This document shows, in pieces, positions 27,956-37,463 of a DNA stretch of 64,000 bases. The notes beneath the pieces are model-generated. The model worked only from the letters and a program-made list of their open reading frames with translations. It was not told the DNA's origin and ran no database searches. The stretch spans positions 8,973 to 72,972 of the forward strand of contig CAZGML010000005.1 of NCBI GenBank assembly GCA_964526965.1, written 5' to 3'. Position numbers and translations under genes: made by a program. The DNA comes from an uncultured Sphaerobacteraceae bacterium. GTDB taxonomy: Bacteria; Chloroflexota; Chloroflexia; Thermomicrobiales; UBA6265. Every line of letters begins with the position of its first letter. The first letter of the stretch is position 1.

Positions 27956-29278
27956 TCAGCGTGTCTCGATATCTTTCAGGATTCGTTTGGAAACGTCCTC
28001 GCCCAGGCGCACGGCGTAGTTCGTACCGCGATCTTCCGGGTATATCTGTGTTGTATTAGCCAACCAGAGATTATCCAGCGGCGTTTTCAGGTCCGGAATC
28101 TTTTCGGAATAGTTGAGCGGCGGAATCGGCTGGGCTGCTCGCTCCCGGAACATCCAGCGATTCTTGATCCAGCTCTCTTCGAAGTCCGGATTCAGCTTGC
28201 GCAGGTGTGGCAGGTACTCGGCGAAAATCTGATCGTCGCTGAGGTCGAAGTAGGGGTGATCCTGCTCGACATACTTGCTGAGATAGACCAGGTGGCTGCC
28301 CTGGTATTTATCGGGGCCAACGAAGTTGGTGTGCTCTACAACGGCAGTAAATGGCATATCATCATCGGCAATATTGAGCCAATACGTATCGGTCACCTGA
28401 TGATCCAACTCGAGGAGCGTAACGATGGCGCCTTCGTACTCAAGTGCATTAAGACGGGACGTGTACTCTGCCGGAAGATTCGGAACCAGCTTCTGGAATA
28501 CGGTGCTCGGTGTCGTCGCAAGCACAACGTCCTTCTCGTCTGTCCCGGACGACGTCTGTACGTGCCAGGCTCCGGAATCCGTCTGCTCCAGGTTCTCAAT
28601 GCCGGTGCCTTCAACCAGGGTCACACCGGCATCGCGGCATGCTTCAACAAGAGCGGCGGAGAAGGTCTTGAAACTGTCCTTGAAGTAGCCGAGCTTTTCC
28701 TGCTCAACCGGGTTTTCGCGGCTGGTGGTGCGCAGATAGATTTTGCCCCAGAACCACACCATGCTCACGCGGTCGTAGTAGCGACCAAACTTCGCCTTTA
28801 GCTGGGCTCCGAACGTTTTCTTGTAGGCGTTTTCGCCGATCGCACGTGTGAGCCAGTCGTGAGCAGTGATGTTCTCGTACTTCTTCCAGTCCTTTTGTCG
28901 TTGCAACCAAAGCGTGACAAGGCCCACGCGTATGCGATCCCAAATAGGGATGATATTGAGCCTCAGCAGGTCAAATGCGCCGTTAAGTGGCAGGATCCGT
29001 CCGTCCGCGAAGTAGGCGACATCGCTGGGCAGCCACATCAATTCGCCTTCAAGCCCGAGTTCTTTGGAAAGGTTCTGGATGTGCACATCGCTCTGGAAGA
29101 GGTGATGGTAGAAGATCTCGATGTGGGTGCCGTTCAGTGGCATGGTGGCGGCCTGGCCGCCGAGTTTTCCTCGCTCCCAAACAGTTACGTTATGACCGGC
29201 CTGAGCCAACCGAAGTGCTGCTGTGAGGCCAGTGTAACCGCCACCGATAATACCGATATTCTTTGGCGCCGCTGCCAT
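27956..29278 (-). CDS. FAD/NAD(P)-binding oxidoreductase (amine oxidase / phytoene desaturase superfamily)
   Basis: The product contains the dinucleotide-binding motif NIGIIGGGYTGLTAALRLAQAGHNVTVWERGKLGGQA. The ATG at 29278 is preferred over the ORF-track start at 29305. Confidence 0.75.
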   Translation of the reverse strand: MAAAPKNIGIIGGGYTGLTAALRLAQAGHNVTVWERGKLGGQAATMPLNGTHIEIFYHHLFQSDVHIQNLSKELGLEGELMWLPSDVAYFADGRILPLNGAFDLLRLNIIPIWDRIRVGLVTLWLQRQKDWKKYENITAHDWLTRAIGENAYKKTFGAQLKAKFGRYYDRVSMVWFWGKIYLRTTSRENPVEQEKLGYFKDSFKTFSAALVEACRDAGVTLVEGTGIENLEQTDSGAWHVQTSSGTDEKDVVLATTPSTVFQKLVPNLPAEYTSRLNALEYEGAIVTLLELDHQVTDTYWLNIADDDMPFTAVVEHTNFVGPDKYQGSHLVYLSKYVEQDHPYFDLSDDQIFAEYLPHLRKLNPDFEESWIKNRWMFRERAAQPIPPLNYSEKIPDLKTPLDNLWLANTTQIYPEDRGTNYAVRLGEDVSKRILKDIETR

Positions 29279-29299
29279 AAATGTGTCCACCTTGATACG

Positions 29300-29337
29300 T
29301 TGCAAAACAGAACCGGGGGCCGATTTCGACTCCCGGT
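29300..29337 (-). terminator. Rho-independent terminator after hppA
   Basis: On the minus strand, ACCGGG-14 nt-CCCGGT is followed by TCTGTTTTGC. Confidence 0.55.
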
Positions 29338-29369
29338 AACTGTAGTATGTTTTTCGCGAATATGCCCTG

Positions 29370-31565
29370 CTAAATGAAGATTGGCGCCAGCACCAGGGTG
29401 ATGGTAGCCAGCAACTTCACAAGCACGTGGAGGCTCGGGCCGGCGGTATCTTTCCATGGATCACCAACGGTGTCGCCCACTACAGCGGCCGCGTGGGCCT
29501 CTGATCCCTTGCCCAAGACGTTGCCATCGGCGTCGCGGAGCTCGCCAGCTTCAATCGCTTTCTTGGCGTTATCCCACGCGCCACCACCGTTGTTCATCAC
29601 CAGCGCCATCAACACGCCAGCGATGGTACCGACCATCAGCATGCCTGCCGCGGCTTCCCAGCCGAGCAGTACGCCGACGATCACTGGAACAACGACGGCC
29701 AGCCCGCCCGGAAGGATCATCTCCCGCAGTGCAGAACGCACAGAAATATCCACACATGCGCGATAATCGGGTTGGCTAGTACCTTCCATAATGCCTGGAT
29801 CGGCGCGGAACTGGCGGCGAACTTCTTCAATCATGTCCGTTGCTGCGCGCCCGACCGCGCTCATCGCAAACGCCGAGAAGACGAAGACCAGCGCGGCACC
29901 GAAAAGCGCGCCGATGAAGACCTTCGGTTCAGCGAGGTTCACGATCCGTGCAGTCGCGGCCTCGATATTTGCTCCGGAGGCTGCGCCGAACCGGGCCACT
30001 TCATCGATGAATGCGGAAAAGAGAAGGAACGCAGCGAGCGCCGCTGTACCGACGGCGTATCCCTTGGTGAGTGCCTTCGTGGTATTGCCAACTGCATCGA
30101 GCGTGTCTGTAACGTCACGGATCTCATCCGGTGCGCCGCTCATCTCCACAATGCCGCCGGCGTTATCCGTGATGGGGCCAAATGTGTCCATCGCCAGGAT
30201 GTACGCAGCAGTCATCAACATTCCCATTGTGGCGACGGCCGTGCCGAAGATGCCTGCCGAGACCTCGATATGGGCAATGGAGGTGTCGAACCCTTCCACA
30301 TTGGATCCGAGCGTGTAAGAGCTGAAGAGGGCGATGCCGATAACGATAGCGGGGATTCCGGTGGTTTCGAATCCCACCGAAATGCCGCTGATGATGTTGG
30401 TGGCCGGTCCGGTTTTACTGGCTTCAGCAATTCCCTTCACCGGCTTGTAATCGCTTTCGGTGTAGTACTGCGTGATGTAGAGAAACGCGACGGACGTTGC
30501 CAGGCCGATGAGTCCGCAGAGTGCAAATTCCCATCGTCCGTATGGCAGCAGCATACAGACTATGACCAACATCACAGCGGAAATACCGCCCGTAATGTAG
30601 AACCCCTTGTTAAGCTCCACCATTGGTGTATCGGTCATCTGCGGTGGCTTTACGCTGAAAACACCGATGATTGATGCAATCAACCCGAAGGCGGCCAGCA
30701 TTAACGGGAAGAATATCCAGATGATGTTTTGATTATCGTCGGCGCCTCCTGCGGCGTGGAACAACGCTACACCCAGGATCATTGCACCGATCATCTCTGC
30801 TGCCGAGCTTTCGAAGATGTCTGCGCCGCGGCCTGCGCAGTCACCCACGTTGTCGCCAACCAGGTCAGCGATCACCGCCGGGTTGCGCGGGTCGTCTTCC
30901 GGGATGCCGGCCTCGACCTTGCCGACAAGATCGGCACCGACATCTGCGGCCTTGGTGTAAATGCCGCCGCCGAGCTGCGCGAACAGCGCGACAAAGCTGG
31001 CACCGAACCCGAATCCAACGATCCAGAACGGCGTCTCTGCGACTTTCGTCCAGCCTTCCTGGGTAGGTTCGGCGAATTGATAAACAATGCCATAGACCCC
31101 GAGGAGACCCAGTAGTCCGAGCGCAATGACGAGGAAGCCGGAGACGGCTCCGCCGCGTAGCGCCAGCGTCATCGCCGGGCCAGTACCTTTGACCGCTCCG
31201 GCCGCAACGCGGACGTTGCTCTTCACGGCCACCCACATCGCGATGATTCCGGAGACAGCGGATAAAACAGCACCGGCGAGGAATGCCAGGGCCGTGACGA
31301 TGCCGCGGGCCAGTGCGTGTTCGTGTTCAAACAAATAGACCAGACCGCCGATAATAGCGGCAACGACTATTGCCAGTGCAAAGATCGTTTGATACTGGCG
31401 CGTGAGGTACGCAACCGCACCTTCGTAAATTCGATCCGAGATGTCTCGCATCTCTGGAGATCCCTGGTCTGCCGCAAGTACCTCTTTGGCCATGTACCAG
31501 GCAAAGCCAATGCCAATAAGCCCAAAGACCACTACCGGAAGCAGGTAGAGAACCATATAGTTCAC
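29370..31565 (-). CDS. hppA: Membrane-bound ion-translocating pyrophosphatase
   Basis: The 731-aa polytopic product contains GDNVGDCAGRGADIFES and VGDTVGDPWKDTAGPSLHVL. Confidence 0.95.
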   Translation of the reverse strand: MNYMVLYLLPVVVFGLIGIGFAWYMAKEVLAADQGSPEMRDISDRIYEGAVAYLTRQYQTIFALAIVVAAIIGGLVYLFEHEHALARGIVTALAFLAGAVLSAVSGIIAMWVAVKSNVRVAAGAVKGTGPAMTLALRGGAVSGFLVIALGLLGLLGVYGIVYQFAEPTQEGWTKVAETPFWIVGFGFGASFVALFAQLGGGIYTKAADVGADLVGKVEAGIPEDDPRNPAVIADLVGDNVGDCAGRGADIFESSAAEMIGAMILGVALFHAAGGADDNQNIIWIFFPLMLAAFGLIASIIGVFSVKPPQMTDTPMVELNKGFYITGGISAVMLVIVCMLLPYGRWEFALCGLIGLATSVAFLYITQYYTESDYKPVKGIAEASKTGPATNIISGISVGFETTGIPAIVIGIALFSSYTLGSNVEGFDTSIAHIEVSAGIFGTAVATMGMLMTAAYILAMDTFGPITDNAGGIVEMSGAPDEIRDVTDTLDAVGNTTKALTKGYAVGTAALAAFLLFSAFIDEVARFGAASGANIEAATARIVNLAEPKVFIGALFGAALVFVFSAFAMSAVGRAATDMIEEVRRQFRADPGIMEGTSQPDYRACVDISVRSALREMILPGGLAVVVPVIVGVLLGWEAAAGMLMVGTIAGVLMALVMNNGGGAWDNAKKAIEAGELRDADGNVLGKGSEAHAAAVVGDTVGDPWKDTAGPSLHVLVKLLATITLVLAPIFI

Positions 31566-31633
31566 GAAATCCCTCCCCTGTGAGAGCTGAATCGCCAGAT
31601 TTTTGACACGCGACCATACGCGTGCCCTAAGAG

Positions 31634-31659
31634 ATGTGATATGGCTGTTACTATCACAT
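31634..31659. promoter_or_regulatory. Inverted repeat upstream of hppA (candidate operator or hairpin)
   Basis: ATGTGATA-10 nt-TATCACAT lies 69-94 nt upstream of the hppA start. Confidence 0.3.
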
Positions 31660-31692
31660 AGTTTTCGTTAATGAAACAGGGGTATCGCAGTT

Positions 31693-32292
31693 CTAAGTTT
31701 TGGCGCGATAAAGTCCACGTTCGAGAATGTAATTCTCGACGTTTTCTGGCACGAGGTACGTGATGGATTTTCGTTGGCGCCGACGCTCTCGAATCTCGCT
31801 TGAGGAAAGCTCGATGAGCGGCGAATCGAACTCGTGTATGCGTTCGGCAAGGCCAGGCAATGCATTGCGAATGCGGTTGTCGATGGTCGAGCCTGGGCGC
31901 TCAGCTACGCCAAGGGTCGCATGTTTCAGGATCGTCTCGGGCTCGTGCCAGTTCGCAAAGGTCGTCAGTGAATCCGCACCGACGAGGAAGACCAGCTCGG
32001 TATCTGGCATGGACTCAGCCAGCGATGCGAGTAGCTCGGACGTGTAGGATGGGCCGTCTCCGCGCAGGTCGAGACCGCTGAATGCGAACCTGCTGTCGAG
32101 GTGAACCGCCCGCCGCACCATTTCAGCTCGATGCTCCACCGGAGTGATTTCGTGGTGCTTGTGTGGAGGTGTCTGTGCCGGCATGAACCACACTTCGTCC
32201 AGATCGATCGCATCAGTCGCGTAGCTGGCCATCACGAGGTGGCCGATGTGGATAGGGTCAAATGTCCCGCCGAGAATGCCTAGCCGCCTCAT
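31693..32292 (-). CDS. nadD: Nicotinate-nucleotide adenylyltransferase
   Basis: The product contains GILGGTFDPIHIGHL. It overlaps the end of the upstream gene by 4 nt. Confidence 0.9.
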   Translation of the reverse strand: MRRLGILGGTFDPIHIGHLVMASYATDAIDLDEVWFMPAQTPPHKHHEITPVEHRAEMVRRAVHLDSRFAFSGLDLRGDGPSYTSELLASLAESMPDTELVFLVGADSLTTFANWHEPETILKHATLGVAERPGSTIDNRIRNALPGLAERIHEFDSPLIELSSSEIRERRRQRKSITYLVPENVENYILERGLYRAKT

Positions 32293-33134
32293 ACATCCTC
32301 CACCCGAACGATGGTGGCGTCCGGCAGTGCTGCGACGATCGCTTCGCCGATCTCGTGCTCATTGATCATTTGTTTGGCATTCACTGAAAATCTCACTTCC
32401 CATTCGGAGTTCGATTCCGCGTGTTGTACGAGAATCGGCGGTTCAAGGGGAGGGCGTACGCTCTCGATACCCTCGACCACCTTTTCCAGTGTCGACATGA
32501 GCTCTGTTGCGGGTAACGGCGACGTGATGCGATAGCGCACCACCCGCATGTTAAAGCGGGTGTGGTTCTGCAAAACTTCAGTGAACATGAGCTGGTTGGG
32601 CACCATCAGCAACGCGCCGTCATCCGTGCGCAACATGGTTGTGCGGATGTCGATACCCTGAACAGTGCCAACGTGGGTCCGAATCATCACCCGGTCGCCG
32701 ATGGCAAAGGGGCGTTCGGCCAACATGAAGAGGCCGGATATCAGGTTGCGCATGACATCCTGCAATGCCAGGCCAATTGCGACTGTGAAAGCAGAAGCCA
32801 GCGTGAGAAGTCCGGTAGAACTCACGCCCATAAATGAAAGCACACCAATAACCGCAAGCGCATAGGCGGCAATCGAGACGATTCGATAGGCGATCAGTGA
32901 GCCTTGCTTCCCGAATCGGGCCATAATCCGGCTTTCTCGCAGGCGATTGTTGAGCAACCACACCACTATCCAGGCAGCCGCCAAATAGAGTGCGGCCACA
33001 ACTGCGATTTCGCCGATATAGATCACGAAATCTAGAGCGCGTTCTCCGAATTTTCTCGCTGCGTCATCGAACAAATTCCGCCTCCCCGAAAATTGCTCGT
33101 ACGTGCATATGTTCGTACGCGCTTTACAAGACAA
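32289..33134 (-). CDS. Small-conductance mechanosensitive channel (MscS family)
   Basis: N-terminal TM segments are followed by PFAIGDRVMIRTHVGTVQGIDIRTTMLRTDDGALLMVPN. The start codon is uncertain. Confidence 0.8.
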   Translation of the reverse strand: MSCKARTNICTYEQFSGRRNLFDDAARKFGERALDFVIYIGEIAVVAALYLAAAWIVVWLLNNRLRESRIMARFGKQGSLIAYRIVSIAAYALAVIGVLSFMGVSSTGLLTLASAFTVAIGLALQDVMRNLISGLFMLAERPFAIGDRVMIRTHVGTVQGIDIRTTMLRTDDGALLMVPNQLMFTEVLQNHTRFNMRVVRYRITSPLPATELMSTLEKVVEGIESVRPPLEPPILVQHAESNSEWEVRFSVNAKQMINEHEIGEAIVAALPDATIVRVEDV

Positions 33135-33339
33135 AGTCGAACGATATTTTCTCGTGTTCGACGGCTAATTTCGTTGAAAATCCCAGCAACCACGCTGGAA
33201 CTTCTGATTCAACGCCCCTACACTGATCGACAGAAAGGCAGGGGATCCCGCGTGCGAGCATGCACGAATTCGATTCCTCTGCCCGCAAGTATCGCACGCA
33301 GTTCCGGCGGACAGGTATTCGCGGTCCCGTAAACCGTGA

Positions 33340-34677
33340 GTGTCCCGTCCCGCTGCCGTCAGGAGCCTGTCTTTCGTGTCGCACCGATCAAACCGTGAGA
33401 ATCAGTATGATCCCGTCATGCCCGATCTTCCGGGTGACTCCTATGGTCGGGATGCAGATCTCTATCCACCAATTCCCGATTATCCGGCATACGATTATTG
33501 GGACGAAAGCAACTTCCAGGGCGATTTCGATTCCGAACGATACGCGCCGGACCTAGTAATCCATGATCGGTTTTCCGAGCTTCCCGAAGCGCCGGGTCGA
33601 CAGGAAGATCATGTCTCCGAACCGGGGCCACAGCCACGCCGAAAGCCATATAGGGAACGCAGACGCGAGGCACAGATGGCTGCTGCTGGCGACATCATCT
33701 ACGACGACATTCAGCCTGACACTTACCAGCGTCCTGGTCGTCGTCACCGTCGCGAAACTGATGAGGTAACAGACACCACGCTTCGCACCGCTTCTGTGCC
33801 AGCAGATGTTGTGACCGGAACTCGCAGTATCCCCCGATCCCGCTCGCGCCGGGCGCGTAATAGCCGGAGCGGGAGTTCTTCGTGGGGCTGGTCTCGCATT
33901 GTATTTCCATCATTCCGACAGATCCTGGAGCAAGCGCTTCCGACGCTAGTTATGGCGTTGTCACTGCTGCTTGGCCTTATCGTTATCCAGCGGTTGCCAT
34001 CCCTTGAAGGACTATGGGCACCAATTGTGTTGACGCCGTCGGTGGTGCTCTTCCTTCTCGCCGACAAACAGGTGCACCCGATGTGGCGACGCAGCGCCAT
34101 AATGAACCTGGGCATTGTCGGCGTGTTCTATCCACTGCTGATCGTGCGCCAGAGCTATGTGCGCGTACCGTATGTGGAGTGGGGGAATGGCACCCTGCAG
34201 ATGCCACTGGCAGCGACGGCGACGATCGTGATTCTGCTCGCGTTGATCGCGCTGGGCGCAGCCTGGATGAGCCAGGAAGACCCTGAATATGCCGGTGTGC
34301 TCTTCCTGCCGGCTGCAATGCTGGTGCCGTTTTACGCTGGTGCTACAGAGATCATGAGCCTTTCCACTTCGCTCATTATCGCGATTGGTGTCTTTCTCGC
34401 TGCCAGCCTGCTCACCGTTGTTGCAAGCATGTTGCCGGGCGCCTACCCGATGCTGGTCGCGCCGGTAGCGTTGGCGATTCAATTCTTTATCCTGCCACTT
34501 GCCGATAGCGTACCGATATTCCCGCTTGGTGCGGGAACTGCATCCAAGCTCTTGTTCTTCGTGGTGCTCGCTGCCACAGTGGGGCTTACCGTCGGCATGC
34601 CGAGTCTTGCTGGCTGGGTGCGCCAGGTGCGAGACCTGGTAAACAGCCAGTCCGTGGAGCCATCCCGAACGCACTAA
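33340..34677 (+). CDS. Hypothetical polytopic membrane protein with a roughly 190-aa Arg/Asp/Pro-rich disordered N-terminus
   Basis: The 445-aa ORF contains RRKPYRERRREAQ, RPGRRHRRETDE and SRSRRARNSRSG, followed by about 7 predicted TM segments. I see no recognisable family motif, and the start is uncertain. Confidence 0.5.
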   Translation: MSRPAAVRSLSFVSHRSNRENQYDPVMPDLPGDSYGRDADLYPPIPDYPAYDYWDESNFQGDFDSERYAPDLVIHDRFSELPEAPGRQEDHVSEPGPQPRRKPYRERRREAQMAAAGDIIYDDIQPDTYQRPGRRHRRETDEVTDTTLRTASVPADVVTGTRSIPRSRSRRARNSRSGSSSWGWSRIVFPSFRQILEQALPTLVMALSLLLGLIVIQRLPSLEGLWAPIVLTPSVVLFLLADKQVHPMWRRSAIMNLGIVGVFYPLLIVRQSYVRVPYVEWGNGTLQMPLAATATIVILLALIALGAAWMSQEDPEYAGVLFLPAAMLVPFYAGATEIMSLSTSLIIAIGVFLAASLLTVVASMLPGAYPMLVAPVALAIQFFILPLADSVPIFPLGAGTASKLLFFVVLAATVGLTVGMPSLAGWVRQVRDLVNSQSVEPSRTH

Positions 34678-34705
34678 ACCCGATAACCACCGAGGAGAGA
34701 GAAAA

Positions 34706-34737
34706 ACCCCCCTGGCGCTGAAAACGCGCCAAGGGGT
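34706..34737. terminator. Bidirectional stem-loop between convergent genes
   Basis: AACCCC(CC)TGGCGC-tgaaaac-GCGCCAAGGGGTT has an internal mismatch. Confidence 0.5.
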
Positions 34738-34764
34738 TCTTGTCATTATTCGCTTTCTCCTGGT

Positions 34765-37260
34765 CTATTCGGCTGGCTCGACCTGCTCACCATCTTCCGG
34801 GAGTTCGGCCAGCTTCGCTTCGGCGGCGGGATCACGCGGTGCCTCAGCAGTGACGGAACGAATGGTTTGATCATCGTCCAGCCTCTGCAGTTTCACGCCC
34901 TGGGTGGTGCGGCCAATTCGCCGAACATCGCTTGCCTGCAGCTTAATGACGACTCCCGCGGAGTTCATCATCACGATGGTGTACTCCTCGGTTACCATCG
35001 CTGCGCCGGCGATCTTGCCCGTGCGTTCGGTAATGCGCATCGCCTGGATGCCCTTACCACCGCGGCCCTGAACGCGATACTCCTCAATAGGCGTTCGCTT
35101 GCCGAGACCGTGCTCGGTTACCACGAGCAGCTCGTAGTCTTCCTTCACGGGATCGAATCCGATCACGTAATCATCTTCATCCATTCGGATTCCGATAACG
35201 CCGGCGGCCGGTCGACCCATCGGGCGGACATCTGTTTCCTTGAACCGAATGGCCATACCCTTGTGGGTGACGAGAATTACGTCGCCATTACCTTCGGTTT
35301 CGCGTACCCAGGCGAGTTCATCCTCTGCGTCCAGGGTGATTGCGATCAGGCCATTAGATCGTACGGACTTGAACTGTTCGAGACTGACGCGTTTCACGAT
35401 TCCCTTACGGGTTACGAAAAAGAGATACCAGCTTGGATCGAAGTCCCGAATCGTCAGCATCGTGGCAACCGATTCGCCCGGCTCCATGTTTACGACGTTT
35501 TGGATCGGTAATCCCTTCGACTGGCGAGTGGCGTCAGGTAGCTCGTGCACCTTCGTTTGGTACACGCGTCCACGATCCGTGAACACCAGCAGCGAATCCA
35601 TTGTGTTGGCGCTGATGATGATGTTCATCTTGTCTTGTTCGCGGGTTGTGGCACCGATAACACCGCGACCGCCTCGACCTTGCTGGCGGTAGGTGTCACT
35701 CGGTACGCGTTTGATGTATCCACGCTCCGTTATGGTGACGAGTACATCGACTTCCGGAATCAGGTCTTCAACGCTGAGAGAGTCGGAGACATCCTGGATG
35801 CGGCTACGGCGAGCGTCGCCGTACTTTTCCTTGATCTCGGTCATGTCGTCCTTGATCAGGCCAAGAATGCGCTCAGGATGCGCCAGGAGCCCTTCGAGAT
35901 ACTCGATGGTTGCCATGACTTCCTTGTACTCGTTCTCGATCTTCTCGCGCTCGAGAGCGGCAAGGCGGGCGAGTCGCATGTCGAGAATCGCCTGTGCCTG
36001 AATCTCGCTCAGGCTGAACCCCTTCATGAGGTTGTTGCGCGCTGTCTCGGTGTCTGGCGAGTTGCGAATGGTGTTGATGACCTCGTCGATGTTATCGAGG
36101 GCGATCTTAAGCCCCTCGAGGACGTGCGCGCGCTTTTGTGCTCGGTCCAGTTCGAACTTGGTGCGGCGGGTGATAACCACCTTACGATGGTCGATAAACT
36201 CCGTAAGTGCCCGCTTAAGGGTCAGTACGCGTGGCTGTGAACCATTCTCCACCAGCGCAAGCATGTTCACGCCGAAGCTCTGCTGCAATTGCGTGTGCTT
36301 GAACAGGTTGTTCAGTACCTTAATCGGCTGGGCGTCGCGCTTGAGTTCAACCACCATGCGCAGGCCGCTGCGGTCACTTTCATCACGCAGGCCACTAATG
36401 CCGCCCAACTTGCCCTCACGCACCAGGTCTGCGATGCGCTCGAGCAGCGTCGACTTGTTGACCTGGTATGGAAGTTCAGTCACGACGATTTGGAATCGAC
36501 CAGCGCGCTCCTGTTCTTCGGTGAATGCCTTGGCCCGCATAACTACACGACCACGACCCGTGGCGTATGCAGCGTGGATTCCTTCTCGGCCGAGAATCGT
36601 TCCACCGGTCGGGAAGTCTGGCCCAGGCACCACTTCGAGCAACTCGTCCAGGGTGGCGTCGGGATTGTCGATCACAAGGGACACCGCGTCACAAATCTCG
36701 TTGAGGTTGTGAGGCGGGATGTTTGTAGCCATACCGACGGCGATACCGGCGCTTCCGTTGATAAGCAGCTGGGGCACGCGCGCTGGCAGCACCTCCGGTT
36801 GCGTCATCGTGTTGTCGTAGTTCGGAATCATGTTGACGGTATCTTTATCGATATCCACCATCATTTCTTCCGCGATTGCCGTCAGTTTCGCCTCGGTGTA
36901 GCGCATGGCTGCCGCGCGGTCGCCATCAATCGATCCGAAGTTTCCCTGTCCGTCGACCAATGGGTAGCGCAGCGAGAAATCCTGCGCCATACGCACGAGC
37001 GTGTCGTACGCGGCCTGGTCGCCGTGAGGGTGATAACTCTTAATCACCTCACCGACGATACCGGCGCTCTTTCGATAACGGGTATTCGCCCGCAGGCCCA
37101 TTTCATTCATCGCGTAAAGAACACGACGGTGAACGGGCTTGAGGCCATCACGCGCGTCAGGCAAAGCGCGCTGGATGATGACGCTCATGGCGTAATCAAG
37201 ATATGATTGCCGCATCTCTTCTTCGATGCTGGCTATCCGAACATTTCCAATTGAATCCAT
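34765..37260 (-). CDS. gyrA: DNA gyrase subunit A
   Basis: The product contains DGLKPVHRRVLYAM and HPHGDQAAYDTLVRMAQDFSLRYPL. The ATG at 37260 follows GGGAG; the ORF track starts at the GTG at 37275. Confidence 0.96.
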   Translation of the reverse strand: MDSIGNVRIASIEEEMRQSYLDYAMSVIIQRALPDARDGLKPVHRRVLYAMNEMGLRANTRYRKSAGIVGEVIKSYHPHGDQAAYDTLVRMAQDFSLRYPLVDGQGNFGSIDGDRAAAMRYTEAKLTAIAEEMMVDIDKDTVNMIPNYDNTMTQPEVLPARVPQLLINGSAGIAVGMATNIPPHNLNEICDAVSLVIDNPDATLDELLEVVPGPDFPTGGTILGREGIHAAYATGRGRVVMRAKAFTEEQERAGRFQIVVTELPYQVNKSTLLERIADLVREGKLGGISGLRDESDRSGLRMVVELKRDAQPIKVLNNLFKHTQLQQSFGVNMLALVENGSQPRVLTLKRALTEFIDHRKVVITRRTKFELDRAQKRAHVLEGLKIALDNIDEVINTIRNSPDTETARNNLMKGFSLSEIQAQAILDMRLARLAALEREKIENEYKEVMATIEYLEGLLAHPERILGLIKDDMTEIKEKYGDARRSRIQDVSDSLSVEDLIPEVDVLVTITERGYIKRVPSDTYRQQGRGGRGVIGATTREQDKMNIIISANTMDSLLVFTDRGRVYQTKVHELPDATRQSKGLPIQNVVNMEPGESVATMLTIRDFDPSWYLFFVTRKGIVKRVSLEQFKSVRSNGLIAITLDAEDELAWVRETEGNGDVILVTHKGMAIRFKETDVRPMGRPAAGVIGIRMDEDDYVIGFDPVKEDYELLVVTEHGLGKRTPIEEYRVQGRGGKGIQAMRITERTGKIAGAAMVTEEYTIVMMNSAGVVIKLQASDVRRIGRTTQGVKLQRLDDDQTIRSVTAEAPRDPAAEAKLAELPEDGEQVEPAE

Positions 37261-37316
37261 ATACAGGGCTCCCACAAAGCTAACAGGAATCGTGAGCCTA
37301 ACAACTAAGAATACCG

Positions 37317-37344
37317 CAATTTCATTGATTTATCAATGAAATTG
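37317..37344. promoter_or_regulatory. Perfect 13+13 bp AT-rich palindrome upstream of gyrA (candidate operator)
   Basis: CAATTTCATTGAT-tt-ATCAATGAAATTG lies 57-84 nt upstream of the gyrA ATG. Confidence 0.45.
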
Positions 37345-37463
37345 GGTTCGGAGCGGTTAGGGGAAATAGCGTTGAGGGACGTACTTAATTAACAAGGTGA
37401 GGGCGCCTCCCTTGGGAATCGCCCCCACCACCGTTCCTGTTGAATTTTGCCACGCCAGCCGTG

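Noticed and set aside
27443-28801. A 452-aa plus-strand ORF spanning the start of pyrB and the oxidoreductase gene.
   Set aside because: It is antisense to two confidently assigned genes and crosses their intergenic region. It has no recognisable motifs.
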